DNA of 64,000 bases from Myxococcota bacterium (GTDB lineage: Bacteria > Myxococcota_A > UBA9160 > UBA6930): positions 3,842,582 to 3,906,581 of the forward strand of contig OZ245015.1 in NCBI GenBank assembly GCA_965223705.1, read 5' to 3'. The position numbers were made by a program, and so were the translations under genes. Position 1 is the stretch's first letter. Each line of letters begins with the position of its first letter. Positions 42,905-52,953 of the stretch are shown piece after piece. The notes under the pieces are model-generated. The model saw only the letters and a list, made by a program, of their open reading frames with translations. It ran no database searches and was not told where the DNA came from.

Positions 42905-45900
42905 CTAGGCGGTGCCGAGCTCTCGGGGGGAAGTTCCGGCGGCGGCGACCGGCGCACGACCGCGCAGTCGGCGCCGCAACCCATCTACGGCCAGGTAGGT
43001 AGCGGGTACAGCGAAGATCGTCAGCACCGTCGAGAAGAACATGCCGCCGACGACGGCGACGCCCAGCGGGGCGCGGGTCTCGCCTCCCGCTCCCGCGCCG
43101 AGCGCGATCGGCGTGATGCCCGCGATGGTCGCGATCGCCGTCATGAGGATCGGCCGGAACCGGGTGCGCGCCGCCTCGAAGATGGCCGCGCGCGCGTCGC
43201 TCCCGCTCTCGCGCAGCTGGTTCGCGAACTCGACGATCAGGATCGAATTCTTGGTGACCAACCCCACAAGCATCACCAGGCCGATCTTGCTGTAGAGGTT
43301 GAGCGTCATATCGAACCCTTTGAGCGCGACCAGAGCGCCGGTGAACGACAGGGCGACGGCGACGAGGATCGTGAATGGATCGATAAAGCTCTCGAACTGT
43401 GCGGCGAGCACGAGAAATACCACGACGATGGCGAGCACGTACGCGAAGGCGAGCGACCCGCTCGACTCGAAGAATCGTTCGGACTCACCGACAAACGCCA
43501 ATTGGTAGCCCGCGGCCGGGTCGAGCAATTCGCCGGCGACGGCCTGGACCTGTGCGAGTGCTTCACCCTGTGCGTAGGTTCCGAGGCGCGACTGCACTTT
43601 GACGGAACGCCTGCGGTCGTAGTGGGACAGCGCGCGAGGCGCCACGGTTTCCTTCGCATCGACGACCGACGCCATGGGGACGAGCTGCTCGTTCTTGCCC
43701 CGGACGTAGAGGCCCATCATGTCGATCGTACGACTCCGATCGGTGCGGGGAAGCTGCGCCATGACGTCGTAGGTTTCGCCTCCGAGCTTGAAGGTCGAGA
43801 GGTCGACGCCGCCGAGGAGGATTTGCAGCGTCGTCGCGACGTCCCGCACCGAAACGCCCAAGTCTCCGGCGCGGTCTCGATCGATGCGGACTTCGAGTTG
43901 GGGCTTGTTCAAGTACAGGTCGTCACGCATTTGCGAGTAACCGCCCGTGGCCATGAGCCGCCCGACCATCGCGTTCGATAGCTTCTTGAGCTCGGCGACG
44001 TCGGGACCCTGGATCACGAACTCCACCGGGGCACCGCGAAACGTACGCATGGGAGACGGTTCAAACGGGTAGACCGTGATCCCGGGAATCGTGGAAAACG
44101 GCGGAAACAGCGCCTTCGCGACTTCCGACTGACTGCGCTCGCGCTCTTCGGGCGGCTTCAACGGGATCCACAAGAAGCCCTCGTTCACCTGGCCCGGCGT
44201 GTCCAGCCCGAGGGACACGACGGAAAACACGCGCCGCGTCTCGGGCATCCCCCGCGCGACGGCTTCGGCCTGCAACTGGTAGCGGTTGGTGTACTCGAGG
44301 GTGCTGCCCTCGGGCGCCTGGGTGAACGCCATCACCGTACTCCGGTCGTTCGGAGTCACGAGCTCCTGGTCGATGGTGCGGTAGAGGTAGACGCCGGCCG
44401 CCACCCAGACGAGAGCGATCGCAAAGACCGAAACCCGGTGGTGCAACATGAAACCGAGCAGATGCCCGTAGCCGCGGGCCAGCGCGTCGAAGCCCCGTTC
44501 GAGCGCGGCCTTCAGGCCGTGATCCTTTCCGTGCCGCCGCAAGATCAGCGCGCAGAGCGCGGGTGAGAGCGTGAGCGCGACGAAGCCGGAAATGAGGAGC
44601 GCCGCGGCGACGGTGACGCCGAACTCCCGGAACAGGCGTCCGGTGGTATCGGTGAGGAAGGTCAGCGGGGCGAAGACCGCGACGGCGGAGATCGTCGCCG
44701 CGACGACCGCGAATGAGATCTCGCGCATTCCGCGAACCGCCGCTTCGCGCGCCGGTACGCCCGATTCCACCCATCGGGCGATGTTCTCCAAGACGACGAT
44801 CGCGTCGTCCACGACGAGCCCGATCGCGAGGGTCACCCCCATCAAGGTCAGGGTGTTGATCGTGAAGCCCAGGAAGTAGAGGATCGCGAAGGTGCCGACG
44901 ATCGAAACGGGAATCGCGATCGCGGGAACCAACGTCGCGCGCGCGCTGCGCAAGAAGAGATAGATCACGAACACAACCAGGAGAACCGCTTCGAAAATCG
45001 TGCGCGTCACATCGCGAATGGACTCGCGGATGAATTCGGAGCCGTCCCAAGCCGCTTCGAGCGTCACGCCTTCGGGAAGTGTCGGGCGGATCTTCGCGAG
45101 CTCCGCCTGGACGCGGTCGGCGACATCGAGCGTGTTGGCCTTGCTCTGCTTGACCACTCCCAAGCCCACCGCGGGCCGACCGTTGAAACGGACGAGCTTT
45201 CGTTCGTCTTCCGGCCCGACCTCGACGCGGGCGACGTCCCGCAGCCGAATGGGATCGCCATTGCGAACGGCGATGGTGAGCGCGCCGTACCCCTCGGCCG
45301 TGTGCAGTTCGCCGAGGCTGCGGACGGTGTACTCGACGTCGGGGCCTTCCATACGGCCCGACGGCAGATCGACGTTTTCCCGCTGCAGCGCCGTCGCGAC
45401 GTCGGCGATGGTCAGCCGCCGCGCCGTCAGCTGCGCGTTGTCGATCCAGATGCGCATCGCGTAGCGACGCTCGCCGCCGATAATGACCGCGGACACGCCG
45501 AGAAGCTTCGAGAGGCGGTCTTTGATGTGGCTCTCGACGATCTGCGTGAGCTCGAGCATCGTGTAATTCGAGCCCGACAGAGCGAGCCACATGATGGCGC
45601 TCGCGTCGGAGTCGCGTTTCGCGACGAGTGGATCTTCGACTTCTTCCGGCAGCGCGCCGCGCGACCGCGCGACGCGGTCGCGCACGTCGTTCGCCGCCGC
45701 TTCGAGGTCGCGGCCGAGCTCGAACTCGACGGTGATTTCCGAGACTTGTTCGCGGCTCTTGGAGGTCAGGTGCTTCACGCCGTCAATGCCGATGAGCTGA
45801 TCTTCGAGCGGCTCCGTCACCGACGTCTCGACCACTTCCGGCGCCGCGCCCGGATAGATCGTCGTCACAGAGACGACGGGCGGATCGATATCGGGCAGCT

Positions 45901-46006
45901 CTCGATTCGGGAGCCGATCGAGGGCGATCGCACCGAACAACACGATCACGAGCGACATCACGGTCGCGAGGACCGGGCGCTCGATACAGACTTCGGAAAA
46001 CTTCAC
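42905..46006 (-). CDS. RND efflux transporter permease (AcrB/HAE family)
   Basis: 1033 aa. MKFSEVCIERPVLATVMSLVIVLFG start, two large periplasmic loops, 12 TM segments. The pseudo-repeat architecture is typical of the ACR_tran family. Confidence 0.9.
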   Translation of the reverse strand: MKFSEVCIERPVLATVMSLVIVLFGAIALDRLPNRELPDIDPPVVSVTTIYPGAAPEVVETSVTEPLEDQLIGIDGVKHLTSKSREQVSEITVEFELGRDLEAAANDVRDRVARSRGALPEEVEDPLVAKRDSDASAIMWLALSGSNYTMLELTQIVESHIKDRLSKLLGVSAVIIGGERRYAMRIWIDNAQLTARRLTIADVATALQRENVDLPSGRMEGPDVEYTVRSLGELHTAEGYGALTIAVRNGDPIRLRDVARVEVGPEDERKLVRFNGRPAVGLGVVKQSKANTLDVADRVQAELAKIRPTLPEGVTLEAAWDGSEFIRESIRDVTRTIFEAVLLVVFVIYLFLRSARATLVPAIAIPVSIVGTFAILYFLGFTINTLTLMGVTLAIGLVVDDAIVVLENIARWVESGVPAREAAVRGMREISFAVVAATISAVAVFAPLTFLTDTTGRLFREFGVTVAAALLISGFVALTLSPALCALILRRHGKDHGLKAALERGFDALARGYGHLLGFMLHHRVSVFAIALVWVAAGVYLYRTIDQELVTPNDRSTVMAFTQAPEGSTLEYTNRYQLQAEAVARGMPETRRVFSVVSLGLDTPGQVNEGFLWIPLKPPEERERSQSEVAKALFPPFSTIPGITVYPFEPSPMRTFRGAPVEFVIQGPDVAELKKLSNAMVGRLMATGGYSQMRDDLYLNKPQLEVRIDRDRAGDLGVSVRDVATTLQILLGGVDLSTFKLGGETYDVMAQLPRTDRSRTIDMMGLYVRGKNEQLVPMASVVDAKETVAPRALSHYDRRRSVKVQSRLGTYAQGEALAQVQAVAGELLDPAAGYQLAFVGESERFFESSGSLAFAYVLAIVVVFLVLAAQFESFIDPFTILVAVALSFTGALVALKGFDMTLNLYSKIGLVMLVGLVTKNSILIVEFANQLRESGSDARAAIFEAARTRFRPILMTAIATIAGITPIALGAGAGGETRAPLGVAVVGGMFFSTVLTIFAVPATYLAVDGLRRRLRGRAPVAAAGTSPRELGTA

Positions 46007-46010
46007 GGGG

Positions 46011-47105
46011 TCACGAACCCGTGCCCTCGGAGATTTCCGGGGAGGCTGTCTCGACGGGTTCCGCCGGGGACAGGGGCGCGCCTTCCATCACTTTGTGAAC
46101 GCCGCTCGAGACGACTCGGTCACCGGGGCGAAGACCGGTGACGATCTCGACCTCGCCGTCTTGACGCTCGCCGAGCTCCACCAGGGTTGTGTGGGGGCGG
46201 TTGTCGTCGTCGACAGTCCAGACAAAAGGCCCTTCGAGGCCGTACAGGAGCGCCGATTCAGGGATCATGATCGCCTCCTGACGCTCCGCCAGCTCTGCGA
46301 CGATCTTCGCGAATAACCCCGGTCGGAGCCGACCGTCCGGGTTCGGGATCCAGGCCTTGCACGGCAGGCGGCGAAGCGCCGGATCGAGGGTCGGCGATAC
46401 GAAGAAGATCTCGCCGGGGAACGTTTCATCGGGGTACGGTGCGACGCGGATCTTCACCGGAATACCCGGCCGGACCCGCGCCGAGTAGGTCTCGACGACC
46501 GAGAAAAGCAGCTGGAGGCGATCCACGGCGTCGATACGGACCAGCGGGATCTCGGCGCTGACCCGGTCCCCCTCGTCGACCAAGCGGACGCCGACGGCGC
46601 CATCGAACGGGGCGCGAATCGTCGTGCGATCGAGCTCGACGCGGGCCCGCGCAACGCGGGCTTTCGCCACGTCGAGCTCCGCGCGGGCGCTGTCGAGCTG
46701 GGCTGCGGACGAGATATCGCGCTCCGTCAGCACCCGGGTGCGGTTGTGCACTGCCCGAGCGAGTGCGAGCGCGGCCTGCGCTTCTCGAAGGACCGCCCGC
46801 TGCTCGTGATCGCGCAAGCGGAAGAGGACATCGCCCTCGCGTGCGGTCTGCCCCTCCTGGAACTCGATCGAAGCGACGACGCCGTCGATCTCCGATTTGA
46901 CCTCGACGCTTTTCTCGGCCGCGAGCTGGCCGGGGATGTCGGCGGTCAGCTGGATCGCCCGGGGCTCCACCCGGAGGATCTCGACCACCGTCGGCGGCAT
47001 GCCTTCGGCCTCCGGAGCCTCTGGCCGATCGCAAGCCGCAACCCACCCGAAGAGGATGAGCAGGCCGAGAAGGGGTGAACCCTGAAGGGGGCGGAAGGGG
47101 TGCAT
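46011..47105 (-). CDS. RND efflux periplasmic adaptor (membrane fusion protein), lipoprotein
   Basis: Lipobox GWVAAC, followed by barrel-sandwich, coiled-coil hairpin and beta-barrel regions (DGVVASIEFQEGQ..., RAPFDGAVGV). It lies 4 nt upstream of the RND pump. Confidence 0.85.
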   Translation of the reverse strand: MHPFRPLQGSPLLGLLILFGWVAACDRPEAPEAEGMPPTVVEILRVEPRAIQLTADIPGQLAAEKSVEVKSEIDGVVASIEFQEGQTAREGDVLFRLRDHEQRAVLREAQAALALARAVHNRTRVLTERDISSAAQLDSARAELDVAKARVARARVELDRTTIRAPFDGAVGVRLVDEGDRVSAEIPLVRIDAVDRLQLLFSVVETYSARVRPGIPVKIRVAPYPDETFPGEIFFVSPTLDPALRRLPCKAWIPNPDGRLRPGLFAKIVAELAERQEAIMIPESALLYGLEGPFVWTVDDDNRPHTTLVELGERQDGEVEIVTGLRPGDRVVSSGVHKVMEGAPLSPAEPVETASPEISEGTGS

Positions 47106-47191
47106 CGCCGGGAGTTTATCGAATCGGCGGCGATCTCCGTGACGGCCCGAAGTTGCGCATTCCTGAGCCTTCCGGGGCCCGCTCTTCGGGT

Positions 47192-48745
47192 ATGATTCGG
47201 CCCATGCAACAGAATCTCGGTCTGTATCTGACGAAGCGGGCGCAGATTTCGCCCAACGTGGAAGCCCTTGTCGAGGTGGAGCGAGGCACTCGCTACACCT
47301 ACGCGGAACTCAACGCGCGCTGCAACCGAATCGCGAACACGTTGGTCGCGGAAGGCGTCAAGCCCGGCGACCGCGTGGCGTTCTTGCTGATGAACGGCGT
47401 CGAGTACATCGAGGCTTACTACGCCGTCGCAAAGATCGGCGCGGTGATGGTGCCCCTCAACTGGAGGCTCGTCCCCGAAGAGCTGGCCTTCATCCTCAAA
47501 GACTCCGGTTCGACGCTCCTCATCTACGACAACGAGTTCGATCAACAGGTCGGTGAGCTCCGCAACCTGGATACCGATCTCGGCCGTTTCGTCCGCGTCG
47601 GCGAGGCGCCGGATACGCCCGAATGGGCGCTTCACTACGAAGGTGAGTGCAGCACCGCGAGTGCGGACGAGCCCGAGATTGTGGGCGGCGGCGAGGATTT
47701 GCTCTTCATCATGTACACCTCGGGAACAACGGGGTTGCCGAAGGGCGCGGTGCACACCCACGCCACCATGGTCTGGGCCTGCAGCACCGTCGTGATGACC
47801 GCGGACGTGCGGTACCGAGACCGCTACATCCAGATGCTCCCCATGTTCCACGTGGGCGCGCTGATGCCGGTCACCATGTGCCTGATCCGCGGCATGACGG
47901 CCGTCAACCTGCGGGCCTTCGATCCGGTCCAGGCGTGGAAGAGCATCTCCGAGGAAAAAGTCACGATCGCCCTCGGTGTCCCGGCCATGCTGCAGTTCAT
48001 GCTGCAGGTGCCGAACCTTTCGGAATACGATTTCTCACAACTGCGCTGGATTCTCTCCGGGGCAGCTCCGGTTCCCGTCACGTTGATCGAGGCGTACTCG
48101 GAGATCGGCATCGAGATCCACCAGATCTACGGCCTCACCGAGACCTGTGGGCCCGCATGCTTGATCAGCCCCGAGGAAGCGCTGGCGAAAGCGGGCTCGA
48201 CGGGCCCGGGCTTCCTGTACACCGCCGTTCGAGTCGTCGCCGACAACGGTGAGGACGTTTCCCCCGGCGAGATCGGTGAGGTCATCGTCAGCTGCCCCCA
48301 CCTCATGAAGGAGTACTGGAACCGGCCCGAGGCGACGGCGGAGACGATCCGCGACGGCTGGCTCCACACCGGCGACCTGGCCACGACGGACAAAGAGGGC
48401 TTTGTCTACATCCAGGACCGCAAGAAGGACATGATCATCTCCGGGGGTGAAAACATCTATCCCGCCGAGATCGAGAATGTCCTGGTGGGCCACCCGGCGG
48501 TCGTCGAGGCGGCGGTCATCGGGCAGCCCTCGGACAAGTGGGGAGAATCTCCGGCAGCGATCGTCGTGGTGAAAGCGGGAGAGACGCTCTCCGCCGCCGA
48601 CGTCATGGGCCACTGCAAGGGCAAGCTCGCTGGCTTCAAACAGCCCAAAGCGGTGGAGTTCGTCGACGAGATTCCCCGCAATCCGTCGGGGAAGATCCTG
48701 AAGCGAATTCTGCGCGATCGCTACCCGGGCCCTGCTCCCGAGTAG
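47192..48745 (+). CDS. AMP-dependent acyl-CoA synthetase/ligase (FadD-like)
   Basis: AMP-binding motif YTSGTTGLPKG, QIYGLTE, TGDLATTDKEGFVYIQDRKKDMIISGGENIYP, C-terminal PRNPSGKILKR. Confidence 0.85.
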   Translation: MIRPMQQNLGLYLTKRAQISPNVEALVEVERGTRYTYAELNARCNRIANTLVAEGVKPGDRVAFLLMNGVEYIEAYYAVAKIGAVMVPLNWRLVPEELAFILKDSGSTLLIYDNEFDQQVGELRNLDTDLGRFVRVGEAPDTPEWALHYEGECSTASADEPEIVGGGEDLLFIMYTSGTTGLPKGAVHTHATMVWACSTVVMTADVRYRDRYIQMLPMFHVGALMPVTMCLIRGMTAVNLRAFDPVQAWKSISEEKVTIALGVPAMLQFMLQVPNLSEYDFSQLRWILSGAAPVPVTLIEAYSEIGIEIHQIYGLTETCGPACLISPEEALAKAGSTGPGFLYTAVRVVADNGEDVSPGEIGEVIVSCPHLMKEYWNRPEATAETIRDGWLHTGDLATTDKEGFVYIQDRKKDMIISGGENIYPAEIENVLVGHPAVVEAAVIGQPSDKWGESPAAIVVVKAGETLSAADVMGHCKGKLAGFKQPKAVEFVDEIPRNPSGKILKRILRDRYPGPAPE

Positions 48746-48748
48746 CCC

Positions 48749-49369
48749 ATGCTCCTCGTGTGCCTCGACCTCGAGGGGGTTCTCGTCCCCGAGATCTGGA
48801 TCGGTGTGGCCGAGCGCACGGGAATCGACGCCCTGCGACGCACGACCCGCGACGAACCCGATTACGACAAGCTTATGCGCTACCGGCTAGATATCCTCGA
48901 TCAACATGGTTTGGGGATCGCAGAGGTGCAGCAGACGCTTGCCGAAATGGAGCCCTTGCCGGGAGCGGCGGAGTTCGTTTCGGAGCTCCGCTCGTGGGCG
49001 CAGCTCATCATCCTCTCGGACACGTTTTACCCCTTCGGGATGCCGCTGATGGAGCAGCTCGGCCAGCCCACCCTGTTCTGCCACGACCTCGATATCAGTG
49101 ACAGCGGAAAAATCGTGAACTACAACCTGCGCCAAGCCGACCCGAAACGCAGAGCCGTGGAAGCGTTCCACGGCTTGAATTTCAAGGTCTTAGCGGCGGG
49201 GGATTCCTACAACGACACGAGCATGCTCTCCGAGGCCGATGCGGGCATCCTCTTCCGGCCCCCGGAAAACGTGATTCGTGAATTTCCGCAGTTCCCCGTC
49301 GTCAAAACCCACGCAGCCCTGCATACAGAGCTACGCGCGGCGGCTCGGCGCATCGAAGACGCCAGCTAG
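48749..49369 (+). CDS. thrH: Phosphoserine phosphatase / homoserine phosphotransferase ThrH (HAD family)
   Basis: Near-collinear with Pseudomonas ThrH as I remember it: CLDLEGVLVPEIWI..AE.TGIDAL..TTRD.PDYD.LM..RL.IL, ILSDTFY, AAGDSYNDT.MLSEA.AGILF.PPENVIREFPQFP. Confidence 0.85.
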   Translation: MLLVCLDLEGVLVPEIWIGVAERTGIDALRRTTRDEPDYDKLMRYRLDILDQHGLGIAEVQQTLAEMEPLPGAAEFVSELRSWAQLIILSDTFYPFGMPLMEQLGQPTLFCHDLDISDSGKIVNYNLRQADPKRRAVEAFHGLNFKVLAAGDSYNDTSMLSEADAGILFRPPENVIREFPQFPVVKTHAALHTELRAAARRIEDAS

Positions 49370-49391
49370 CCGGTTTTTTTGAGGAGAAAAC

Positions 49392-49907
49392 ATGCGCCTT
49401 GTGACCTGCCTTCTCTCGATGATTGTCACCCTGGGGATCGCCTCCCTGGCTTGCGGAGAGGCCGGCCCTCCCGCCAAGGCCCCGGAAGCCGCCGCACCGG
49501 CAGCGACCCCCGACCCGAAACCCGTCCAGGTGGCCCAGGCCAACCCCGGAAGCACGCCGATGGCCCATCACGAGGGTGATGGTGGGGCCTTCGCCTGCAT
49601 TGGCGGCGATCCGAAAGCCGGAGAGACCCAGTACCAGACGTTCTGCTCGTCCTGCCACGGCCCGGGTGGCGACGGCGACGGACCGGCGGCTGCGGCGCTC
49701 GATCCCAAGCCCGCGAAACACAGCAACGGCGAGTACATGAATGCGCTGACGAACGAACACCTGACGAAGGTGATCGCCGAAGGAGGCGCTGCCGTCGGGA
49801 AGTCGCCGCTGATGGCACCTTGGGGCGGCGTGCTGAGCGAGCAGCAACTGAAGGACGTCGTCGCGTTCGTCCGTTCGCTGGCCGTGCCCGCCTACGCCTG
49901 CCCGTAG
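49392..49907 (+). CDS. c-type cytochrome (class I), lipoprotein
   Basis: GAGGAG Shine-Dalgarno. Signal plus lipobox IASLAC, an Ala/Pro-rich linker, the heme motif CSSCHG, and a distal Met region (SPLMAPW). Confidence 0.75.
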   Translation: MRLVTCLLSMIVTLGIASLACGEAGPPAKAPEAAAPAATPDPKPVQVAQANPGSTPMAHHEGDGGAFACIGGDPKAGETQYQTFCSSCHGPGGDGDGPAAAALDPKPAKHSNGEYMNALTNEHLTKVIAEGGAAVGKSPLMAPWGGVLSEQQLKDVVAFVRSLAVPAYACP

Positions 49908-49945
49908 CGCGCACCAGACCCAGACCGATTGATGCGCCCGGCGGC

Positions 49946-50713
49946 CTAACCCGCCGGGCGCTCTCCGTTTCGCTTGAACATCGGGAACCCCGCCGGCTGG
50001 TAGGTCAAGACCAGGGCGCGCCGCTCCCGATCGCTGCCGTTCGGTGTCGAGCCGTGCACCGCGAACGGATGAAAGAAACAGACGCTTCCGGCGGGTGCGT
50101 CGAGTTCGACGGACTCGTGGGCGGCGACGACATCGGGATGCACGAATAGCGTTCCCAACGCGCCCTCTCCTGCACAGTTTCGAAGCGGCCCGTTTCGGTG
50201 GCTGCCGCGCAGAATCCGGAAGCCGCCGTTGCTTCCGTCGCTCGCATCGAGGAACACGATGGCGTTCGGGAGCCGCTCGAGATGGGGCGACACGTGCGCC
50301 CAATAGGGCGCGTCCTGATGCCATCGGAATTCCGAGCCGAGTCTCGGGCGTTTCAAGTTGAGCTTGTCCGTAAAGAGCGCCACCGGGCCGCCGACGAGAT
50401 CGGCCATCGGCTCGACCAAGCGGGAATCATCCACCAGGGCATCGAGACCCGGGTGGCGGTGGACGACGGGCTCGACGACCCGGAGCCGACTCGGGTTCTC
50501 GGGTTCGACCTGAAGCGTCGCGTCGGGCAAGTCGACGAAATGGTGCCCGTCGATCTCTCGCTGACGGGCTGCGAGATCACCGCCTTCGAGAACCGCAACG
50601 ACGCTCTCGACCGCGTCGCGCAAGCGGGCGAGCTCCTCCCCGCCAAAGACCCGGCGCCGCAGGAAGTAGCCCTCGGCTTCGTAGGCTTCCGCCTCGACCG
50701 GCTGAAGACGCAC
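49946..50713 (-). CDS. Phytanoyl-CoA dioxygenase (PhyH) family Fe(II)/2-oxoglutarate oxygenase
   Basis: YEAEGYFLRRRVF N-terminus, iron ligands in WHQDAPYW (HxD) and a distal H (FFHPFAVHGSTPN). Confidence 0.75.
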   Translation of the reverse strand: MRLQPVEAEAYEAEGYFLRRRVFGGEELARLRDAVESVVAVLEGGDLAARQREIDGHHFVDLPDATLQVEPENPSRLRVVEPVVHRHPGLDALVDDSRLVEPMADLVGGPVALFTDKLNLKRPRLGSEFRWHQDAPYWAHVSPHLERLPNAIVFLDASDGSNGGFRILRGSHRNGPLRNCAGEGALGTLFVHPDVVAAHESVELDAPAGSVCFFHPFAVHGSTPNGSDRERRALVLTYQPAGFPMFKRNGERPAG

Positions 50714-50840
50714 TAAAAAAGCCCTGCAAATTCAGCGATATTCGAGATTGACACAAGTTTCACACGCCGGGCCCTACGTCGGGACGAGACCTTCCTACAA
50801 TGCGCTCGCGATCGCGCGAACTCTGGAAGGGCAGATTCAG

Positions 50841-51743
50841 ATGTCTACAGCAGCAGACGTACCGGGCAACATCGAAACCGAAGGTAACGGCGATTTCGGC
50901 GCCACCGATGGGTGGCTCACGCGGACGAACTATCTCTCCCGCTCGATGTTTTGGGCGATCCAAGCATCGTCGCTCCTCGTGTTCGTCGTCGGCGCACCCA
51001 TGGAAGCCGTTCTCCTCGGCGTGGCGACCTACTGCCTTCGTGTCTTCGGAATCACGGGGGTCTACCACCGCTACTTCGCCCACAAGACGTATCGCACGGG
51101 CCGGGTGTTCCAGTTTCTGCTCGCCTTTATCGGCACGGCAGCGACCCAGAAAGGTCCGCTGTGGTGGGCTGGAACCCATCGTCGCCACCACCGCTACAGC
51201 GACCTTCCGGGCGACGTGCATTCCCCCAAGGACGGCCTCTGGTACTCCCACTGCGGTTGGATCTTCGACGACCGCTGGGGCGGAACCCCGCTCGACCAGA
51301 TCCGCGACTTCGCGAAGTACCCGGAGATCCAGTGGCTCAATCGCTGGCACATCGTGCCGCCGGCCACCCTGGCTCTGTTGTGTTACGCCGTCGGCGGCTT
51401 CCCGGGTCTGGTGTGGGGCTACGCCGTTTCGACGACCCTCCTGTGGCACACGACGTTCAGCGTGAATTCGATTTGCCATCTGATCGGCCGCCGTCGCTAT
51501 GAAACCAGCGACACAAGCCGCAACAACTGGCTCATCGCTCTCTTGACCTTCGGCGAGGGCTGGCACAACAACCACCACCACTACATGAGCTCCGCTCGAC
51601 AGGGTTTCCGCTGGTGGGAGGTCGACATCACCTACTACATCCTGCGCGGCCTCGCGGCGGTGGGCTTGGTGTGGGACCTGCGCGAGCCGAGCGAAGCGGC
51701 GCTCGAAAGAAACCGGATCGACCGGACGCGCGAAGCGGCCTAG
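50841..51743 (+). CDS. Acyl-CoA (stearoyl-CoA type, delta-9-like) fatty acid desaturase
   Basis: Three histidine boxes: HRYFAH, HRRHHRYSD, WHNNHHHY. About 4 TM segments. I prefer the ATG at 50841 with a GGAAGG Shine-Dalgarno over the track start at 50748. Confidence 0.85.
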   Translation: MSTAADVPGNIETEGNGDFGATDGWLTRTNYLSRSMFWAIQASSLLVFVVGAPMEAVLLGVATYCLRVFGITGVYHRYFAHKTYRTGRVFQFLLAFIGTAATQKGPLWWAGTHRRHHRYSDLPGDVHSPKDGLWYSHCGWIFDDRWGGTPLDQIRDFAKYPEIQWLNRWHIVPPATLALLCYAVGGFPGLVWGYAVSTTLLWHTTFSVNSICHLIGRRRYETSDTSRNNWLIALLTFGEGWHNNHHHYMSSARQGFRWWEVDITYYILRGLAAVGLVWDLREPSEAALERNRIDRTREAA

Positions 51744-51755
51744 CCTACTGCGGCG

Positions 51756-52124
51756 ATGGCCGACGACGAACTTCTACAGCGAGTCGCGGGTGCGCTTCGC
51801 ATCGGCAGCTACGGGCGACACATCTTCCTGTGCACGCAGGGCGATTGCGCACCGTCCGAGGCGTGCACGGAATCCTGGAAATTCCTGAAGCGCAGGCTCC
51901 GCCAACTCAAACTCTCCGAGGCGGAAGGCGGTGTGTTCCGAACACAAGCGGCTTGCCTTCGCGTCTGTCGCGAAGGTCCGATCGCCGTTGTGTACCCCGA
52001 AGGCACATGGTACGCGCGCTGCACCCCCGAAGCGCTCGAGCGAATCATCCAAGAACACCTCATCGGGGGAAAGCCCGTCGAAGACCTCCGCTTCGCGGAC
52101 AACCCGCTCACCGCGCGAGAGTGA
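51756..52124 (+). CDS. Thioredoxin-like [2Fe-2S] ferredoxin
   Basis: 122 aa. Cys pattern [10 protein letters not shown]...(C)...[21 protein letters not shown], typical of the (2Fe-2S) ferredoxin / sucrase-ferredoxin-like fold. Confidence 0.7.
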   Translation: MADDELLQRVAGALRIGSYGRHIFLCTQGDCAPSEACTESWKFLKRRLRQLKLSEAEGGVFRTQAACLRVCREGPIAVVYPEGTWYARCTPEALERIIQEHLIGGKPVEDLRFADNPLTARE

Positions 52125-52948
52125 AGACCGAGATCCTCCGCGGCCGCGACCACCAGGTGCTCGGCGAGATCGCCGCCGTCGGAGAAGGTCCGGCCGCCAT
52201 CGCGATGTGCATGGGTGGTGCGTCCAAAACCTACGCCTACACCGATCCCAACGAAGACGTCGCGCTGTACGCGCTCGGAGAAATCGGCTGTCTGGTTGCG
52301 GTGGCCGACGGCCATCGCGGCTTTGAAGCGTCCGAGGTCGCGATCGATCACCTCGCGACGAACCCCGCACCCCAGTGGACGGAGGGAGGCATCGCGGACC
52401 CGGGCCGGTGGGAACGCTACGTGCTGGCCGTTTTCGCCGACGCGAACGACGACATCCTTCGGGAAGTGCTGAACAGCGAGAAGTCGGGTGCGCGAACGAC
52501 GCTGGCGTTGGCCCTCGCCGTGCCGGGAGAAGAGCGTCTCTACTACGCCGCAATCGGCGATAGCCACATTTTCCGCGTATCCGATCGACACGCCGAAGAT
52601 CTTGCGGTTCGTGAAGACTCGGACGACGGCGCGTACTTCCTCGGACACGGCGATGAGACGGCGAACAGCCTTCGGGAAAAATGCGAGATCGGAAGCGTGA
52701 GCCTGCGGAACACGCGTGCCGTCATCCTCGCGAGTGACGGGCTGTCGGAGCGGCGCATCGGCGTCGCGAACCCCGAGTCGGCGGTCCTCGAGGCGGTGGA
52801 CCGGGCGCAACTCGATGATCCGGGCATGCGGCCGTTGGCGGCGTGCCGCCGGGTCATCGACGAGGCGATTCACGCACAGGAATCGAACCGCGCGGGCGAC
52901 AACATCTGCGCGGCGAGCATCTGGCTCGGAGCGAGCACCCAAGGCTAG
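52121..52948 (+). CDS. PP2C-family Ser/Thr protein phosphatase (stand-alone catalytic domain)
   Basis: The GTG at 52121 (GTGA overlap with the ferredoxin). PP2C motifs in order: [37 protein letters not shown]. Confidence 0.7.
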   Translation: MKTEILRGRDHQVLGEIAAVGEGPAAIAMCMGGASKTYAYTDPNEDVALYALGEIGCLVAVADGHRGFEASEVAIDHLATNPAPQWTEGGIADPGRWERYVLAVFADANDDILREVLNSEKSGARTTLALALAVPGEERLYYAAIGDSHIFRVSDRHAEDLAVREDSDDGAYFLGHGDETANSLREKCEIGSVSLRNTRAVILASDGLSERRIGVANPESAVLEAVDRAQLDDPGMRPLAACRRVIDEAIHAQESNRAGDNICAASIWLGASTQG

Positions 52949-52953
52949 ACGGA

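Noticed and set aside
42719-45590. Long ORFs 42719-43981 (+), 44061-45590 (-, off-frame) and others overlapping the RND pump gene
   Set aside because: The 1033-aa AcrB-like frame explains the region. The alternatives are R/G/D-rich and lack TM periodicity.
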